From the NCBI GenBank assembly GCA_042570405.1, contig JBHPGR010000005.1:1-61961 (forward strand): a stretch of 61,961 bases of DNA, given 5' to 3'. Position numbers and translations under genes: made by a program. This DNA is from Candidatus Omnitrophota bacterium. GTDB taxonomy: Bacteria; Omnitrophota; Gorgyraeia; Gygaellales; Profunditerraquicolaceae. The stretch's first letter is position 1. Each line of letters opens with the position of its first letter. The notes beneath the pieces were generated by a model. The model saw nothing but the letters and a program-made list of their open reading frames with translations. It was not told the origin of the DNA and did not search any database. This document shows, piece by piece, positions 23,404 through 33,677 of the stretch.

Positions 23404-23743
23404 CCTTTCCTCCTTAATGAGCCCCGCCTTTGGCGGGGCGAATTAATCCCGGCGAATGCGGCAAAATTATCAAAGAGAATTTTGCCACGGCTTATGAGCC
23501 GGGAAGTTCGGACCGATGTTCTTACTTATAATAGACGTAGGGTAAGAAGTTTTCTAACGCAGGATTTTACCCTGCCAAAAAAGCCTTGCTTTTAGAGATG
23601 CCTAATATATAATATTGATACTTCGGCGGTTTCCAAATTTTTGCCTTTAGGCCGAAATAAGTAGAAATCGCTCAGTATCAACTCTGAGCAAGCCCCGAGA
23701 TTAAGTCCCGAGGCGCGTCGAATGGGTTGATTTACGGAGAATA

Positions 23744-24190
23744 ATGGATAATATCTTTACTCAGATCATCGAAAATAAGATCTTTATGGTTACCCTGCTT
23801 GCCTGGGCGGCTGCGCAGGCCATAAAGGTACTCATCGATATCATCCGCGAGAGGAGATTTGATTTCCGCTGGTTCGTAGGTACAGGCGGGATGCCTTCAA
23901 GCCACGCCTCGGGAGCAGCCTGTTTGGCAACAAGTATAGGCTTGTACTACGGCTTTAACAGCGTTTATTTTGCGTTGGCTGCCTCTTTTGCGCTTGTGGT
24001 AATGTTTGATGCGCAGGGTGTGCGCCGAGCTTCAGGAAGACAGGCGCGGATATTAAACCAGATCACTAAGGATATTTACTGGAAGGGAAGGATGCAGGAG
24101 GGGAGCCTGCGCGAACTTATCGGGCACACTCCCGTAGAGGTCTTAGCGGGATTCGCACTGGGTACTCTGATCGCCTTTCTGGCGCGATAG
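23744..24190 (+). CDS. Divergent PAP2-family membrane protein (YuiD-like)
   Basis: Motifs are GGMPSSHAS, MFDAQGVRRASGRQA and GHTPVEVLAG. Confidence 0.75.
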   Translation: MDNIFTQIIENKIFMVTLLAWAAAQAIKVLIDIIRERRFDFRWFVGTGGMPSSHASGAACLATSIGLYYGFNSVYFALAASFALVVMFDAQGVRRASGRQARILNQITKDIYWKGRMQEGSLRELIGHTPVEVLAGFALGTLIAFLAR

Positions 24191-24201
24191 AAGGAGATTT
24201 C

Positions 24202-25026
24202 GTGAGGAATAAGTCAATAATCATCATTCTTGCGGTTGTAGTAGTTCTTGTAGCGGTATTTCTGCTCGCCGGAGTCAAGAGAGGGGCTCTTTGTCCGATA
24301 CAGATCGGTACTGTTACTGAGCCGGCAGCGGGGCTGGTAAAGCAGGCTGAAGAGGCAGAAAACTCCGGTAATTTATTAGAAGCCAAGAGTATATATCAGG
24401 CGTTGGCAGATGACTTTCCCGGCTCAGGGCGCGCTATTGACTGGCAGAGTAAGGCTGAAGAATTGAATATACGCCTCCTCTTCTCTGCGACGATAACCCC
24501 GGGCAGCGAACTTTACGAGATAAAACCCGGTGATTCCCTTTCTAAAATCGCCAAAAAATTTAATACCACCGCAGGACTGATCCGGCGCAGCAACCGTATC
24601 ACCGGAGACAAGATATACCCCGGCAGGAAGATCAAGGTCCGCACCGCCGGTTTTACGATCGCGGTGGATAAATCCCAGAATATCCTCTTTTTAAAGAGCG
24701 ACGAAGAAATAGTCAAGACCTATAATGTCGCCACCGGCGAGAATAATTGTACTCCCGTCGGGACCTTTAAAATAGTCAATAAGCTTATTGATCCTCCGTG
24801 GCACAAGGAAGGCGTAGGCGAGGCCATACCTGCCGGGGACCCCAGGAATATCCTGGGTTCGCGCTGGATGGGCATTGACCGCCCCGGTTACGGCATACAC
24901 GGCACGACCGACCCCGGGTCTCTGGGCAGGCAGGTCACCGACGGGTGCATCCGCATGTCTAACCGTGATGCCGAGGAGCTCTACGCAATCGTTCCTATGG
25001 GCACGGAAGTCACGGTATTCGATTAA
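24202..25026 (+). CDS. LysM-domain L,D-transpeptidase (YkuD family)
   Basis: The LysM motif is [25 protein letters not shown]. The catalytic motif is [22 protein letters not shown]. It has a GTG start. Confidence 0.85.
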   Translation: MRNKSIIIILAVVVVLVAVFLLAGVKRGALCPIQIGTVTEPAAGLVKQAEEAENSGNLLEAKSIYQALADDFPGSGRAIDWQSKAEELNIRLLFSATITPGSELYEIKPGDSLSKIAKKFNTTAGLIRRSNRITGDKIYPGRKIKVRTAGFTIAVDKSQNILFLKSDEEIVKTYNVATGENNCTPVGTFKIVNKLIDPPWHKEGVGEAIPAGDPRNILGSRWMGIDRPGYGIHGTTDPGSLGRQVTDGCIRMSNRDAEELYAIVPMGTEVTVFD

Positions 25027-25039
25027 TCCCCCCAAAAAT

Positions 25040-25987
25040 ATGAACGGATTAGATTTTGAAAAACCGATTAATGAGCTTGAGAAGAAGATCAAGGATCTCA
25101 AGGGTTTTGTCTCTGAGAAGAAGATAGACCTTTCTTCAGAGATCGGGCGCCTCGACGAGAAGCTTCAGAGGTTAAAGAAGGATACCTACGACAGCCTCTC
25201 TGCCTGGCAGAAGGTGCAGTTGGCGCGCCATCCCCAGAGACCGCATTCTATGGATTATATAAATATGATTATTTCCGATTTTCTGGAGTTGCACGGGGAT
25301 AGGTATTTCGCCGATGACCACGCTTTAATCGCAGGCTTCGGGACGTTAGAGGGGCGCAGGGTGATGGTGATCGGGCACCAGAAGGGCAGGGATATCAAGG
25401 CCAATATCAAATGCAACTTCGGCTGCGCGCATCCGGAGGGTTACCGTAAGGCATTGCGCCTGATGCGCCTGGCGGAAAAATTCAAGCTACCGGTAATGAT
25501 ACTGATCGATACTCCGGGAGCCTACCCCGGGATCGGGGCAGAGGAGCGCGGCCAGGCCCATGCTATAGCACTTAATCTGCGGGAGATGACCGGCTTAAAG
25601 ATCCCGATTGTATCCGTCGTCATCGGAGAGGGCGGCTCAGGGGGAGCACTGGGTATCGGCATAGCGGACAGGGTCTGCGTGCTTGAGAACGCGTATTATT
25701 CAGTCATATCTCCGGAGGGGTGCGCAGCGATTCTCTGGAAGAGCGGCTCCAAGGCGCCCGAGGCAGCGGAGGCCTTAAAATTGACTGCGCAGGACCTCCT
25801 GGATAACCGGATCATCGATGAGGTGATCTCTGAGCCGCTGGGTGGAGCCCACCGCGATGCAGAAAAAGCGGCAGAGGAGGTAAAAGAAGCCCTGACCAGG
25901 AATCTGAATGAGCTGGAGGCATTCTCCGTCGATGAACTCCTGAAGCGCAGATACAAGAAGTTCAGGAAGATCGGATCTATACAATGA
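25040..25987 (+). CDS. accA: Acetyl-CoA carboxylase carboxyltransferase alpha subunit
   Basis: [17 protein letters not shown]...ARHPQRPH...IDTPGAYPG...GEGGSGGAL. The ATG at 25040 follows the ldt stop. The track start at 24875 overlaps the previous gene. Confidence 0.9.
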   Translation: MNGLDFEKPINELEKKIKDLKGFVSEKKIDLSSEIGRLDEKLQRLKKDTYDSLSAWQKVQLARHPQRPHSMDYINMIISDFLELHGDRYFADDHALIAGFGTLEGRRVMVIGHQKGRDIKANIKCNFGCAHPEGYRKALRLMRLAEKFKLPVMILIDTPGAYPGIGAEERGQAHAIALNLREMTGLKIPIVSVVIGEGGSGGALGIGIADRVCVLENAYYSVISPEGCAAILWKSGSKAPEAAEALKLTAQDLLDNRIIDEVISEPLGGAHRDAEKAAEEVKEALTRNLNELEAFSVDELLKRRYKKFRKIGSIQ

Positions 25988-26502
25988 TCGGAAACGAATT
26001 ATTACTCCTGGGGCTGCTTAAGGAGGGCCCGAAGCACGGATATAAGATAAAGAGTAAAACCAGGGAGATCCTCTCTCTCTTTGCCGGAGTGGATTTAAAG
26101 TCTATCTATTACCCGCTGCGCGTCATGGAGCGTAAAGGGCTGGTGTCAAAACGCATAAGCAAAAAGGGCAGGCGTCCGCAGCGGTTAGTTTACGAATTGA
26201 CAAGGAAGGGTCAGGCGCGCTTTCAGGAGTTGCTTAACAGGAGCTTCCTGGATTTTAAGCGGCCGCAGTTCAGCCTGGACTTGAGCCTTTATTTCTTAAG
26301 TTATGCTTTCCCCAGGGTAAGGCGCAGGCGCCTGCGCGGGCGCATATTTATCCTAAATAAGCTAAGCAAAGACATGAAGAAGATACTCAACAATAAGAAA
26401 GAGAAGGGCCTTCCAGCTAATCTTTTGCCGATCCTGCAGCACAATGTCAAGATGCTGGAGGCAGAATCCAGCTTTTTATCCCGCCTGGTAAAAACACTCT
26501 AA
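25984..26502 (+). CDS. PadR-family transcriptional regulator
   Basis: [18 protein letters not shown]...[16 protein letters not shown]. Confidence 0.7.
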   Translation: MIGNELLLLGLLKEGPKHGYKIKSKTREILSLFAGVDLKSIYYPLRVMERKGLVSKRISKKGRRPQRLVYELTRKGQARFQELLNRSFLDFKRPQFSLDLSLYFLSYAFPRVRRRRLRGRIFILNKLSKDMKKILNNKKEKGLPANLLPILQHNVKMLEAESSFLSRLVKTL

Positions 26503-26526
26503 CTTCAGAACCGTCCCCAGTTCTTC

Positions 26527-26555
26527 TTGACAGGGAAGATTCTATATAGTATACT
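26527..26555 (+). promoter_or_regulatory. Consensus-like promoter of the MarR-TolC-RND operon
   Basis: TTGACA (26527-26532), a 17-nt spacer, then TATACT (26550-26555). AT-rich dyads around the -10 element are possible MarR operators. Confidence 0.5.
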
Positions 26556-26601
26556 TAATATAGTTAATAATTAAGGTAGTTAAATGTTAAGGGAGTTAAA
26601 T

Positions 26602-27063
26602 ATGGCAGAGCTATCTCTCACCGAATTTGCTGACAGGCTGAACAGTGTCATGCCGGCAGTGATCAAGGGGTTCTCTCAGCGTCAGGCGGTCGAACTATAT
26701 AAAGGTATAATCACCCTACCCCAGTTTCTGGTGCTGGATTTCCTAAACCAAAAGAGCGATTCCCGGATGACTGATATAGCTAATTTTTTGAAGGTGACTA
26801 CGGCGGCGATGACCGGAATAGTAGGGCGTTTAGTTAAATACGGCTATGTTGCCAGGGCATTCGATGCCGATGACAGACGGATCATAAAGGTAAGGCTTAC
26901 CGGCAAGGGCAGTGACCTGGTAAGGAGGATCAACCGCCGGAGGAGGCGGATGATCATAGATGTCTTTGGCCAGATCTCAGATAAAGAGCGCAAAGATTAC
27001 CTGGGGATCTTGATGCATGTACACCGGATCCTTGCCCAGGCAGAGAAGAGTGTTAGGGGATGA
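26602..27063 (+). CDS. MarR-family transcriptional regulator
   Basis: LPQFLVLDFLNQKSDSRMTDIANFLKVTTAAMTGIVGRLVKYGYVAR...DRRIIKVRLTGKG. The ATG at 26602 has a better Shine-Dalgarno sequence than the one at 26584. Confidence 0.85.
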   Translation: MAELSLTEFADRLNSVMPAVIKGFSQRQAVELYKGIITLPQFLVLDFLNQKSDSRMTDIANFLKVTTAAMTGIVGRLVKYGYVARAFDADDRRIIKVRLTGKGSDLVRRINRRRRRMIIDVFGQISDKERKDYLGILMHVHRILAQAEKSVRG

Positions 27064-28550
27064 AGAGATTGATGATCCTTAGACAGATTCTGGCTGCTTT
27101 TTTACTTCTGGGATGGACGCAAGCAGCCCATGCTCAGGATAATCAGTCTTTTGCGCCACCCGTTGTAATTGAGTTGTCCCTGGATGAGGTGACTGATCTT
27201 GCCCTGGCCAACTCCTTAGATATTCAGATCGCCAAATACAATGCCTATATAGAGAGGACTTCGTTGGAGAAGGAGGAGTCTCTCTTCGATACATATTTTA
27301 ATGCTGAGGCCTCATTCAGTCGGGACAGGGGCGAACAGGCGAGCAGTCTTGCCGCCGCAGAGGAGAAGAAGCACGCTCTGACCGCCGGACTGGAGAAGAA
27401 ATTACCTACAGGCACCACCCTTGAGTTGGATCTGACCGATGAAAAGGTCAGGACAGAGAGTCCGTTTGCCACCCTCAATCCCTATAATGAAGCATCGGTC
27501 AAGCTCGCCGTGACCCAGGAGCTGGGGAAGAACTTTTTTGGCTTAGCCGACCGTTCAAATATCAAGATCACCAAGCTCGATATTGAAAATGCTGATTTTA
27601 CATCTCTGGATGATATCGAGGACGCCATATCTGAGGTACAGAGATCTTACTGGAAGATAGCCCTTAAGGAGGCGCAACTTGCAATAGCCTGGGATATGCT
27701 CAAAAAAGCCCGGCAACTTTACAGGATCTATCAGGATAAGTATTCCCTCGGTACGGCTGAAGAAAGCGAGCTTCTGGCTATCCAGGCATTAGCGATCGCC
27801 AGGGAGAGTGAGGTCTTTATCATCGAGATGGAGCGGGATGCTGCTAAGAACGACCTCTTGTTTTTGATCAATAAGGGAGATTTCGAGCAGGATATTAGGG
27901 CAAAGGATGCCCTCACCTGCAGCGCAAAGAGCGTTTATCTGTATGAAGCATTGACAGAGGCGGTAGAGAACCGGCGTGATCACAGGCGTTTCAAGAATAA
28001 GCTTAAGAGTAAGAATATAGATATTGTGATCAAAGAGAACGCCCTCTGGCCGGAGATAGATCTCGAGGCCTCCTTTGCCCGCAATAATATCGATATTAGC
28101 CGGTCAGATGCCTGGGGAGAGCTGGCTAACAGCAGTAATGACGATATCTCGGTGAAGATAAAGTTCGAGATCCCGCTTGAAAACAGGGGGGCGCGATCTG
28201 CGCTTAAAAAATCAAGGCTCGAGAAATTGAAGTCGCTGGTCGAGCTTAAGCGCAGCGAGCGCTTGATCTTAAGGGAGATCAATGACAGGGTCAACCGGCT
28301 AAATACCATAGGCAATCAGGTCGAGCTCTTTGAGGAGATGGTCAAGGTACACACAGAGAAACTCCAAGAGCAAGTTAAGCGCCTCAATTATGGGCGCTCG
28401 GATTCAGATACCCTGATCCGCTATGAGGAGGATCTTCTGCAGGCGCGCCGCTCTCTCGCTAATTATCAATTTGATTACAGGGTAAGTCTTATAGAGCTTG
28501 ATTCGGCAAAGGATTCTCTGCTTGCCAAATACTGGAAGGGGCCGTTATAA
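27060..28550 (+). CDS. TolC-family outer-membrane efflux protein
   Basis: It has a signal peptide and the two-repeat helical/beta architecture typical of outer-membrane factors (LSLDEVTDLALANSLDIQIA...). Its start overlaps the marR stop. Confidence 0.8.
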   Translation: MKRLMILRQILAAFLLLGWTQAAHAQDNQSFAPPVVIELSLDEVTDLALANSLDIQIAKYNAYIERTSLEKEESLFDTYFNAEASFSRDRGEQASSLAAAEEKKHALTAGLEKKLPTGTTLELDLTDEKVRTESPFATLNPYNEASVKLAVTQELGKNFFGLADRSNIKITKLDIENADFTSLDDIEDAISEVQRSYWKIALKEAQLAIAWDMLKKARQLYRIYQDKYSLGTAEESELLAIQALAIARESEVFIIEMERDAAKNDLLFLINKGDFEQDIRAKDALTCSAKSVYLYEALTEAVENRRDHRRFKNKLKSKNIDIVIKENALWPEIDLEASFARNNIDISRSDAWGELANSSNDDISVKIKFEIPLENRGARSALKKSRLEKLKSLVELKRSERLILREINDRVNRLNTIGNQVELFEEMVKVHTEKLQEQVKRLNYGRSDSDTLIRYEEDLLQARRSLANYQFDYRVSLIELDSAKDSLLAKYWKGPL

Positions 28551-28563
28551 GAGGCGTAAGACA

Positions 28564-31500
28564 ATGAAGATATCGGAATTTTCAGTTAAGCATTCGCTTC
28601 TGGTGAACATGATCTCGGTGTTCATACTGATCGCCGGATTCTACACCCTCTATATTTATCAGATCAGGCGGGAGGCGTTTCCGGAAGTTTCATTTGATAT
28701 GGTGGTAGTAAGCACCGCCTATCCCGGCGCCCCTCCGGAGGAGACCGAGAAGCTGGTCACCGTCCCGATCGAAAAGGAGCTTAAGGGTGTTGACGGGATC
28801 GAAGAGATGCAGTCTGCATCGATGGAGAACTCTTCCACGGTTCTGCTTAAGATCAGCCAGGACGTAAAGGACAAAGATAAAGTCGTTGATGATATCCAGC
28901 AGGCAGTTGACCGGGTGCAGGACCTGCCCGCAGATGCCGAAGAGCCTTATGTCACCGAGGTGACATCGGGGGAGATACCGGTGATCGAAGTAGCCTTAAG
29001 CGGCAGCCTCTCCGAAAAACAACTTCAAGGGCTGGCAGAGGCCCTGGAGGGCATCCTTGAAGATATCCCCGGGGTCTCGCGGGTCTCCCGGCGCGGCTGG
29101 AGGGATAGAGAGGTCTGGGTGGAGGTCGATCCAGAGAAGATCAGAGATGCCTATCTGAGCCTGGAAGAGGTGATGGAAGCTTTAGCTAAGAGAAATATCA
29201 GTATCCCCGGAGGGAAACTGCGCGGAGAGAAGGAGTTCAGTATCCGCACAACAGGGGAGTTCTATACAAAGGAGGAGATCGAGAATGTGGTGATCCGGGC
29301 AAATGAGGCCGGCAACTGGCTGCGGATCAGGGATATCGCCTCCGTAAAGTTCGCCTTTGAAGACGAAGATGTGATCAACAAAAGCTTCGGGACCCGCTCG
29401 ATTAATCTTACGGTGATCAAACGCGCCACCGGTGATTCGGTCAAGATCGTCAGCCAGGTAAAGCAAGAGACCGCGCAATTTTTAAAGAGTGCTCCATCCG
29501 GGCTAAAGGCTTCTTACATCAATGATATCGCATTTTACATCACGCGCAGACTAGGGGTATTAAAGAATAACGGGATCCTGGGATTATTTTTGGTCTGCGG
29601 GGTCTTGATGCTGTTCTTGAATCTGCGGGTAGCTCTTTTGACCGCCCTGGGTCTTCCGATCGCCTTCTGCGCCACCCTGGCGATCATGGGTTTCTTAGGT
29701 ATCAGCGTGAACCTGATCACAATGTTCGGGCTGATCGTAGTCCTCGGGATGCTCGTCGATGACGGGATCATCGTTTCGGAAAACTGTTCGCGCTATTTGG
29801 AGCAGGGGATGGACCCGCGGCAGGCAGCAATAGTCGGGACCCAGGAAGTGGTCAAGCCGGTCACCACAACCATCATCACTACGATCGCCGCATTTGCTCC
29901 GCTTATGTTTATGGAGGGGATGCTCGGCAAGTTTATCTGGGGGATCCCCCTGGTGGTGATCATTGCTTTAAGCGCATCCTTATTCGAGGCGCTGGTGATA
30001 TTGCCATCGCACTTTGCCGGCTTTGTCCGCCTGCGCAAGGGTTTCAAATCCAGGAAGGAGGCGCCCTGGTTTAAGAGGCTTTTAGGAGGATATACTGCCC
30101 TGGTAAAGGCAGCGCTTAATAAGAGGTATCTATCGATCCTGGGGCTTGTCTTGGTATTTATATCGACGATCTTTCTGGCCAGCCGGATGCGCTTTGTGCT
30201 CTTCAGCTCTGAAGAGGGGGTGGAGCAGTTTTATGTTCGGGTAGAGGCTCCGGTAGGCACCAATCTTTATACGACTAATAAATTACTCAGCGAGATCGAG
30301 AAGAAGATCGGCGAGTTGCCGAAGGATGAGTTAGACGCATATACTACGCAGGTCGGGACGCTGGGTGAGACCTGGATGTTTGATCCTTACGGCAAGTCCG
30401 GGAGCCACATCGCCCAGATAACTGTATTTGTCACTCCGCATCGGCAGCGCAAGAGAAAGATCAGCGAGATCATCGATGGCCTCCGGGAAGAGGTTAAGGA
30501 CGTAAAGGGATTTGAAAAGATATATTTTGAAAAGGAGCATGAAGGCCCGCCGACAGGCAAGCCCGTAGCGGTCAAGATCCGCGGGGAGGATTTTTCTGTT
30601 TTGCAGCAGATCGCAGAGAAGATAAGCTCCTTCCTGGATAAGATGACGGGAGTAACTGATGTTACTTCGGATTATGAGGTGGGTAGGGGCGAGATCAGGA
30701 TCATAATCGATGAAGAGCGCGCCACCCAGGCATATCTTTCGGTAAGAGAGATCGCTTCCTCCATCCGTAACTCCTTTAAGGGCGGGGTGGCGACATCGAT
30801 CAGGCCGGTGAAGGCAGAGGAAGAGATCGATGTGCTGGTGCGTTTCCCCGAAGAGTACCGCGATAAAAAGGATATGTTTAACCAGATCCATATCCCCAAC
30901 CGCTTTGGGAATCTGGTGCCGCTTAAAGAGATCGCCCGCCAGGAGGAATTGGTCTCTGTAGAGCGCATCCGGCACTTAGACGGCAAGAGGGTGATCACTG
31001 TCAGGGCTGATGTAGATAATAAAGAGATCACTTCTTTGAAAGCAAATCAGCTTTTGCAAAATGAATTTAAGGATGTTTCCCGCGAATTCCCCGGATACCG
31101 GCTGGAATACGGCGGTGAGCAGGAGGAGAACGTCCGCTCGATGAAAAGTTTTGCCAAGGCGTTCGGGTTGGCGTTCTTCCTGATATTTCTGATCCTGGCT
31201 ACTAATTTTAATTCTCTGATCCAGCCGCTGATCGTGATGACCGCGATCCCCTTCGGCCTGATCGGAGTGATCTGGGCATTCTTCTTCCACGGGATGAGCA
31301 TGAGCTTCTTTATGCTTATGGGCGTCGTGGGCCTCACCGGTGTCGTAGTAAATGATTCTATCGTCCTGGTAGATTTTATCAACAACCTGCGGCGCAAGGG
31401 TGTTGCCAGGCGCGATTCGATCGTGCAGGCAGGGCAGTTAAGGCTGCGTCCGGTATTGTTGACCACGATCACCACCGCCCTGGGGTTGACCCCTACGGCC

Positions 31501-31671
31501 TACGGCCTGTGGGGAGGGGATCCTTTCCTGCGGCCGATGGCGCTTACCATCGTCTGGGGGATCATTTGTGCCACTGTCTTGACTCTGGTAGCTATCCCCT
31601 GCATTTACGCGATCATCGATGATGTCGCCTTAAAGGTCTCCGGCCACGCAACGATAGAGAAAGATAGTTGA
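28564..31671 (+). CDS. RND efflux transporter (AcrB/HAE family, 12 TM)
   Basis: MKISEFSVKHSLLVNMISVFILIAG...; the 1036-aa product has two large periplasmic loops and conserved TM4/TM10 regions. Confidence 0.9.
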   Translation: MKISEFSVKHSLLVNMISVFILIAGFYTLYIYQIRREAFPEVSFDMVVVSTAYPGAPPEETEKLVTVPIEKELKGVDGIEEMQSASMENSSTVLLKISQDVKDKDKVVDDIQQAVDRVQDLPADAEEPYVTEVTSGEIPVIEVALSGSLSEKQLQGLAEALEGILEDIPGVSRVSRRGWRDREVWVEVDPEKIRDAYLSLEEVMEALAKRNISIPGGKLRGEKEFSIRTTGEFYTKEEIENVVIRANEAGNWLRIRDIASVKFAFEDEDVINKSFGTRSINLTVIKRATGDSVKIVSQVKQETAQFLKSAPSGLKASYINDIAFYITRRLGVLKNNGILGLFLVCGVLMLFLNLRVALLTALGLPIAFCATLAIMGFLGISVNLITMFGLIVVLGMLVDDGIIVSENCSRYLEQGMDPRQAAIVGTQEVVKPVTTTIITTIAAFAPLMFMEGMLGKFIWGIPLVVIIALSASLFEALVILPSHFAGFVRLRKGFKSRKEAPWFKRLLGGYTALVKAALNKRYLSILGLVLVFISTIFLASRMRFVLFSSEEGVEQFYVRVEAPVGTNLYTTNKLLSEIEKKIGELPKDELDAYTTQVGTLGETWMFDPYGKSGSHIAQITVFVTPHRQRKRKISEIIDGLREEVKDVKGFEKIYFEKEHEGPPTGKPVAVKIRGEDFSVLQQIAEKISSFLDKMTGVTDVTSDYEVGRGEIRIIIDEERATQAYLSVREIASSIRNSFKGGVATSIRPVKAEEEIDVLVRFPEEYRDKKDMFNQIHIPNRFGNLVPLKEIARQEELVSVERIRHLDGKRVITVRADVDNKEITSLKANQLLQNEFKDVSREFPGYRLEYGGEQEENVRSMKSFAKAFGLAFFLIFLILATNFNSLIQPLIVMTAIPFGLIGVIWAFFFHGMSMSFFMLMGVVGLTGVVVNDSIVLVDFINNLRRKGVARRDSIVQAGQLRLRPVLLTTITTALGLTPTAYGLWGGDPFLRPMALTIVWGIICATVLTLVAIPCIYAIIDDVALKVSGHATIEKDS

Positions 31672-31696
31672 AAAATACCCTCCTGATGTTAAACTA

Positions 31697-32734
31697 ATGG
31701 ATACTATGCGCACGGCAGTCTATTACAGCAATAAGGATATCCGGATCGAGGATAGGCCCAGGCCTAAGGCCGGACCGGGAGAGCTGCTTGTCAGGATCGA
31801 AGCATCGGGTATCTGCGGCAGTGATGTAATGCAGTGGTATCGCATCCACAGGGTACCTTTGGTCCTGGGGCATGAGATCGCAGGCGTGATCGAAGAGGCC
31901 GGCGATGGAATCAGTGCCCATAAAAAAGGCGATAGAGTGACCTGCGCCCACCATGTGCCATGCGGTAAGTGCCGCTATTGCCTGGCCGGCCATGAGAGCG
32001 TATGCGATACCCTGCGTAAGACTAACTTTGATCCGGGAGGCTTTTGCGAATATCTGCGCCTGCCTAAGATCAATGTTGACCTGGGAGTGCTGGCTTTGCC
32101 AAAAAATGTATCCTTCGAAGAAGCCACATTCGTTGAGCCCTTAGCCTGCGTCTTAAGGGGGCAGAGGCTGGCGAAATTTAAAAAAGGACAGAGCGTTCTG
32201 GTGTTAGGTTGCGGTATCGCCGGGTTGCTGCATATCCGCCTGGCAAAGGCGATGGGCGCAGGGTTGATCATTGCTACGGATATCAATGATTACCGTCTTG
32301 AGGCCGCCAGGACGAGCGGGGCAGATAAAGCGATTCCTGCCAAGGATTATTCACCCGAGGAATTACGCGGCCTGAATGAAGAGCGGCTGGCTGACCTGGT
32401 GATCGTTTGCACCGGGGCTCTGCCGGCTGTAAAGCAGGCGCTTGATTCCGTCGAGCGCGGGGGCACGATCCTATTCTTTGCCCCTAGCGAAAAGGATAAA
32501 GAGGTCACGATACCTTTCAATAGATTGTTTTGGCGTAATGAGATCACCCTTACCAGCTCCTACGCCGGCAGCCCTGAGGATTGCAAGGGGGCACTGGGGC
32601 TGATAGCTGATGCTAAGATCAAAGTATCTGATCTGATCACGCACAGATTGGGCTTGACAGAAAGCTTATTGGGCTTTAAATTGGTGGCGGAAGCAAAAGA
32701 GTCGCTGAAGGTGATCATAAATCCGCAGAAGTAG
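31697..32734 (+). CDS. Zinc-dependent alcohol/polyol dehydrogenase (MDR family)
   Basis: GICGSDV, GHEIAGVIEE, a structural-zinc Cys cluster CGKCRYCLAG, and GCGIAGL in the Rossmann fold. Confidence 0.85.
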   Translation: MDTMRTAVYYSNKDIRIEDRPRPKAGPGELLVRIEASGICGSDVMQWYRIHRVPLVLGHEIAGVIEEAGDGISAHKKGDRVTCAHHVPCGKCRYCLAGHESVCDTLRKTNFDPGGFCEYLRLPKINVDLGVLALPKNVSFEEATFVEPLACVLRGQRLAKFKKGQSVLVLGCGIAGLLHIRLAKAMGAGLIIATDINDYRLEAARTSGADKAIPAKDYSPEELRGLNEERLADLVIVCTGALPAVKQALDSVERGGTILFFAPSEKDKEVTIPFNRLFWRNEITLTSSYAGSPEDCKGALGLIADAKIKVSDLITHRLGLTESLLGFKLVAEAKESLKVIINPQK

Positions 32735-32747
32735 AAAGGAGCATCAT

Positions 32748-33542
32748 ATGGATTGGGGAATGAAGAACCGGATGAAGAGGATCTTTAAGGATGATGGCAA
32801 TACCGTGATGTTAGCGTTAGACCACGGCTATTTTTTGGGGCCGGTAAAACGCCTGGAAGAACCTAAAAAGACTATTGAGCCGCTGGTCCCCTATGTGGAT
32901 GCGCTGATGCTGACCAGAGGGGTATTACGCAACTGCATCGATGCCGGGCACAATATCCCGGTAGTGCTTCGCGCTTCAGGCGGCAATAGTATTTTGAATC
33001 AGGAGCTCTCTAATGAGAGCATGGTCCTCTCTATCGAGGATGCGATCAGGCTTAATGCCTCGGCTGTAGCGCTCTCTATTTATGTCGGGGCTCCCCACGA
33101 GCACCAGACGCTCCTGGCTCTATCAGAGCTGATCAATCAGGCGCAAGGTTATGGTATTCCGGTTTTGGCGGTTACTGCCGTGGGCAAAGAATTAGAAAAA
33201 CGCGATGCCAGATATCTTTCTCTATCCTGCCGGATCGCCGCTGAACTTGGTGCGCACGTGGTCAAGACCTACTATTGCGAAGATTTCCATAAAGTAGTCC
33301 AGTATTGCCCCGTCCCCCTGGTGATCGCCGGAGGGCCAAAGATGAAGAGCGAGCTGGATATCTTCGAGGTCGCTTATAACGCTATTGCCGCAGGGGCAAA
33401 GGGCGTGGATATGGGCAGAAACGTCTGGCAGTCAGATGCTCCAATAGCGATGATCTCGGCCATCCGCAGCATCGTGCATGAAAAGGCAACGGCAAAGAAG
33501 GCCTTGGAACTTTTTAAGAGCTTGAAGGATAAGGGTAGATAG
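32748..33542 (+). CDS. Class I aldolase of the DhnA/FbaB/LsrF family
   Basis: MLALDHGYFLGP...VLRASGGNSIL...VVKTYY...VIAGGPK. Confidence 0.75.
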   Translation: MDWGMKNRMKRIFKDDGNTVMLALDHGYFLGPVKRLEEPKKTIEPLVPYVDALMLTRGVLRNCIDAGHNIPVVLRASGGNSILNQELSNESMVLSIEDAIRLNASAVALSIYVGAPHEHQTLLALSELINQAQGYGIPVLAVTAVGKELEKRDARYLSLSCRIAAELGAHVVKTYYCEDFHKVVQYCPVPLVIAGGPKMKSELDIFEVAYNAIAAGAKGVDMGRNVWQSDAPIAMISAIRSIVHEKATAKKALELFKSLKDKGR

Positions 33543-33604
33543 GCGCCTGCCTCTTGGACGCAACTCCAACAGTATTATAAGCTTTCGTTCCTGCTAAAAA
33601 TTCC

Positions 33605-33634
33605 TTGACAGGGGCTATTCCTTCCCCTTATAAT
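33605..33634 (+). promoter_or_regulatory. Consensus promoter of the acyl-CoA ligase/MMPL operon
   Basis: TTGACA (33605-33610), an 18-nt spacer, then TATAAT (33629-33634). Confidence 0.55.
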
Positions 33635-33645
33635 GATAAAAATTA

Positions 33646-33665
33646 AATAGTAAAATTTTACTATT
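33646..33665. promoter_or_regulatory. Perfect 20-bp palindrome (candidate operator)
   Basis: aatagtaaaattttactatt lies 12 nt downstream of the -10 element. Confidence 0.5.
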
Positions 33666-33677
33666 CCTGCCAAGGAT

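Noticed and set aside
24875-25039. Upstream extension of accA overlapping the L,D-transpeptidase gene
   Set aside because: AccA homology starts at [10 protein letters not shown] (ATG 25040). The extension is the +1 frame of the ldt gene.
31694-31993. Minus-strand ORF overlapping the start of the dehydrogenase gene, and other antisense ORFs within acrB, the MMPL gene, leuS, secA, murJ and prfB
   Set aside because: Each lies opposite a long ORF with strong family motifs. None has a recognisable motif or ribosome-binding site.
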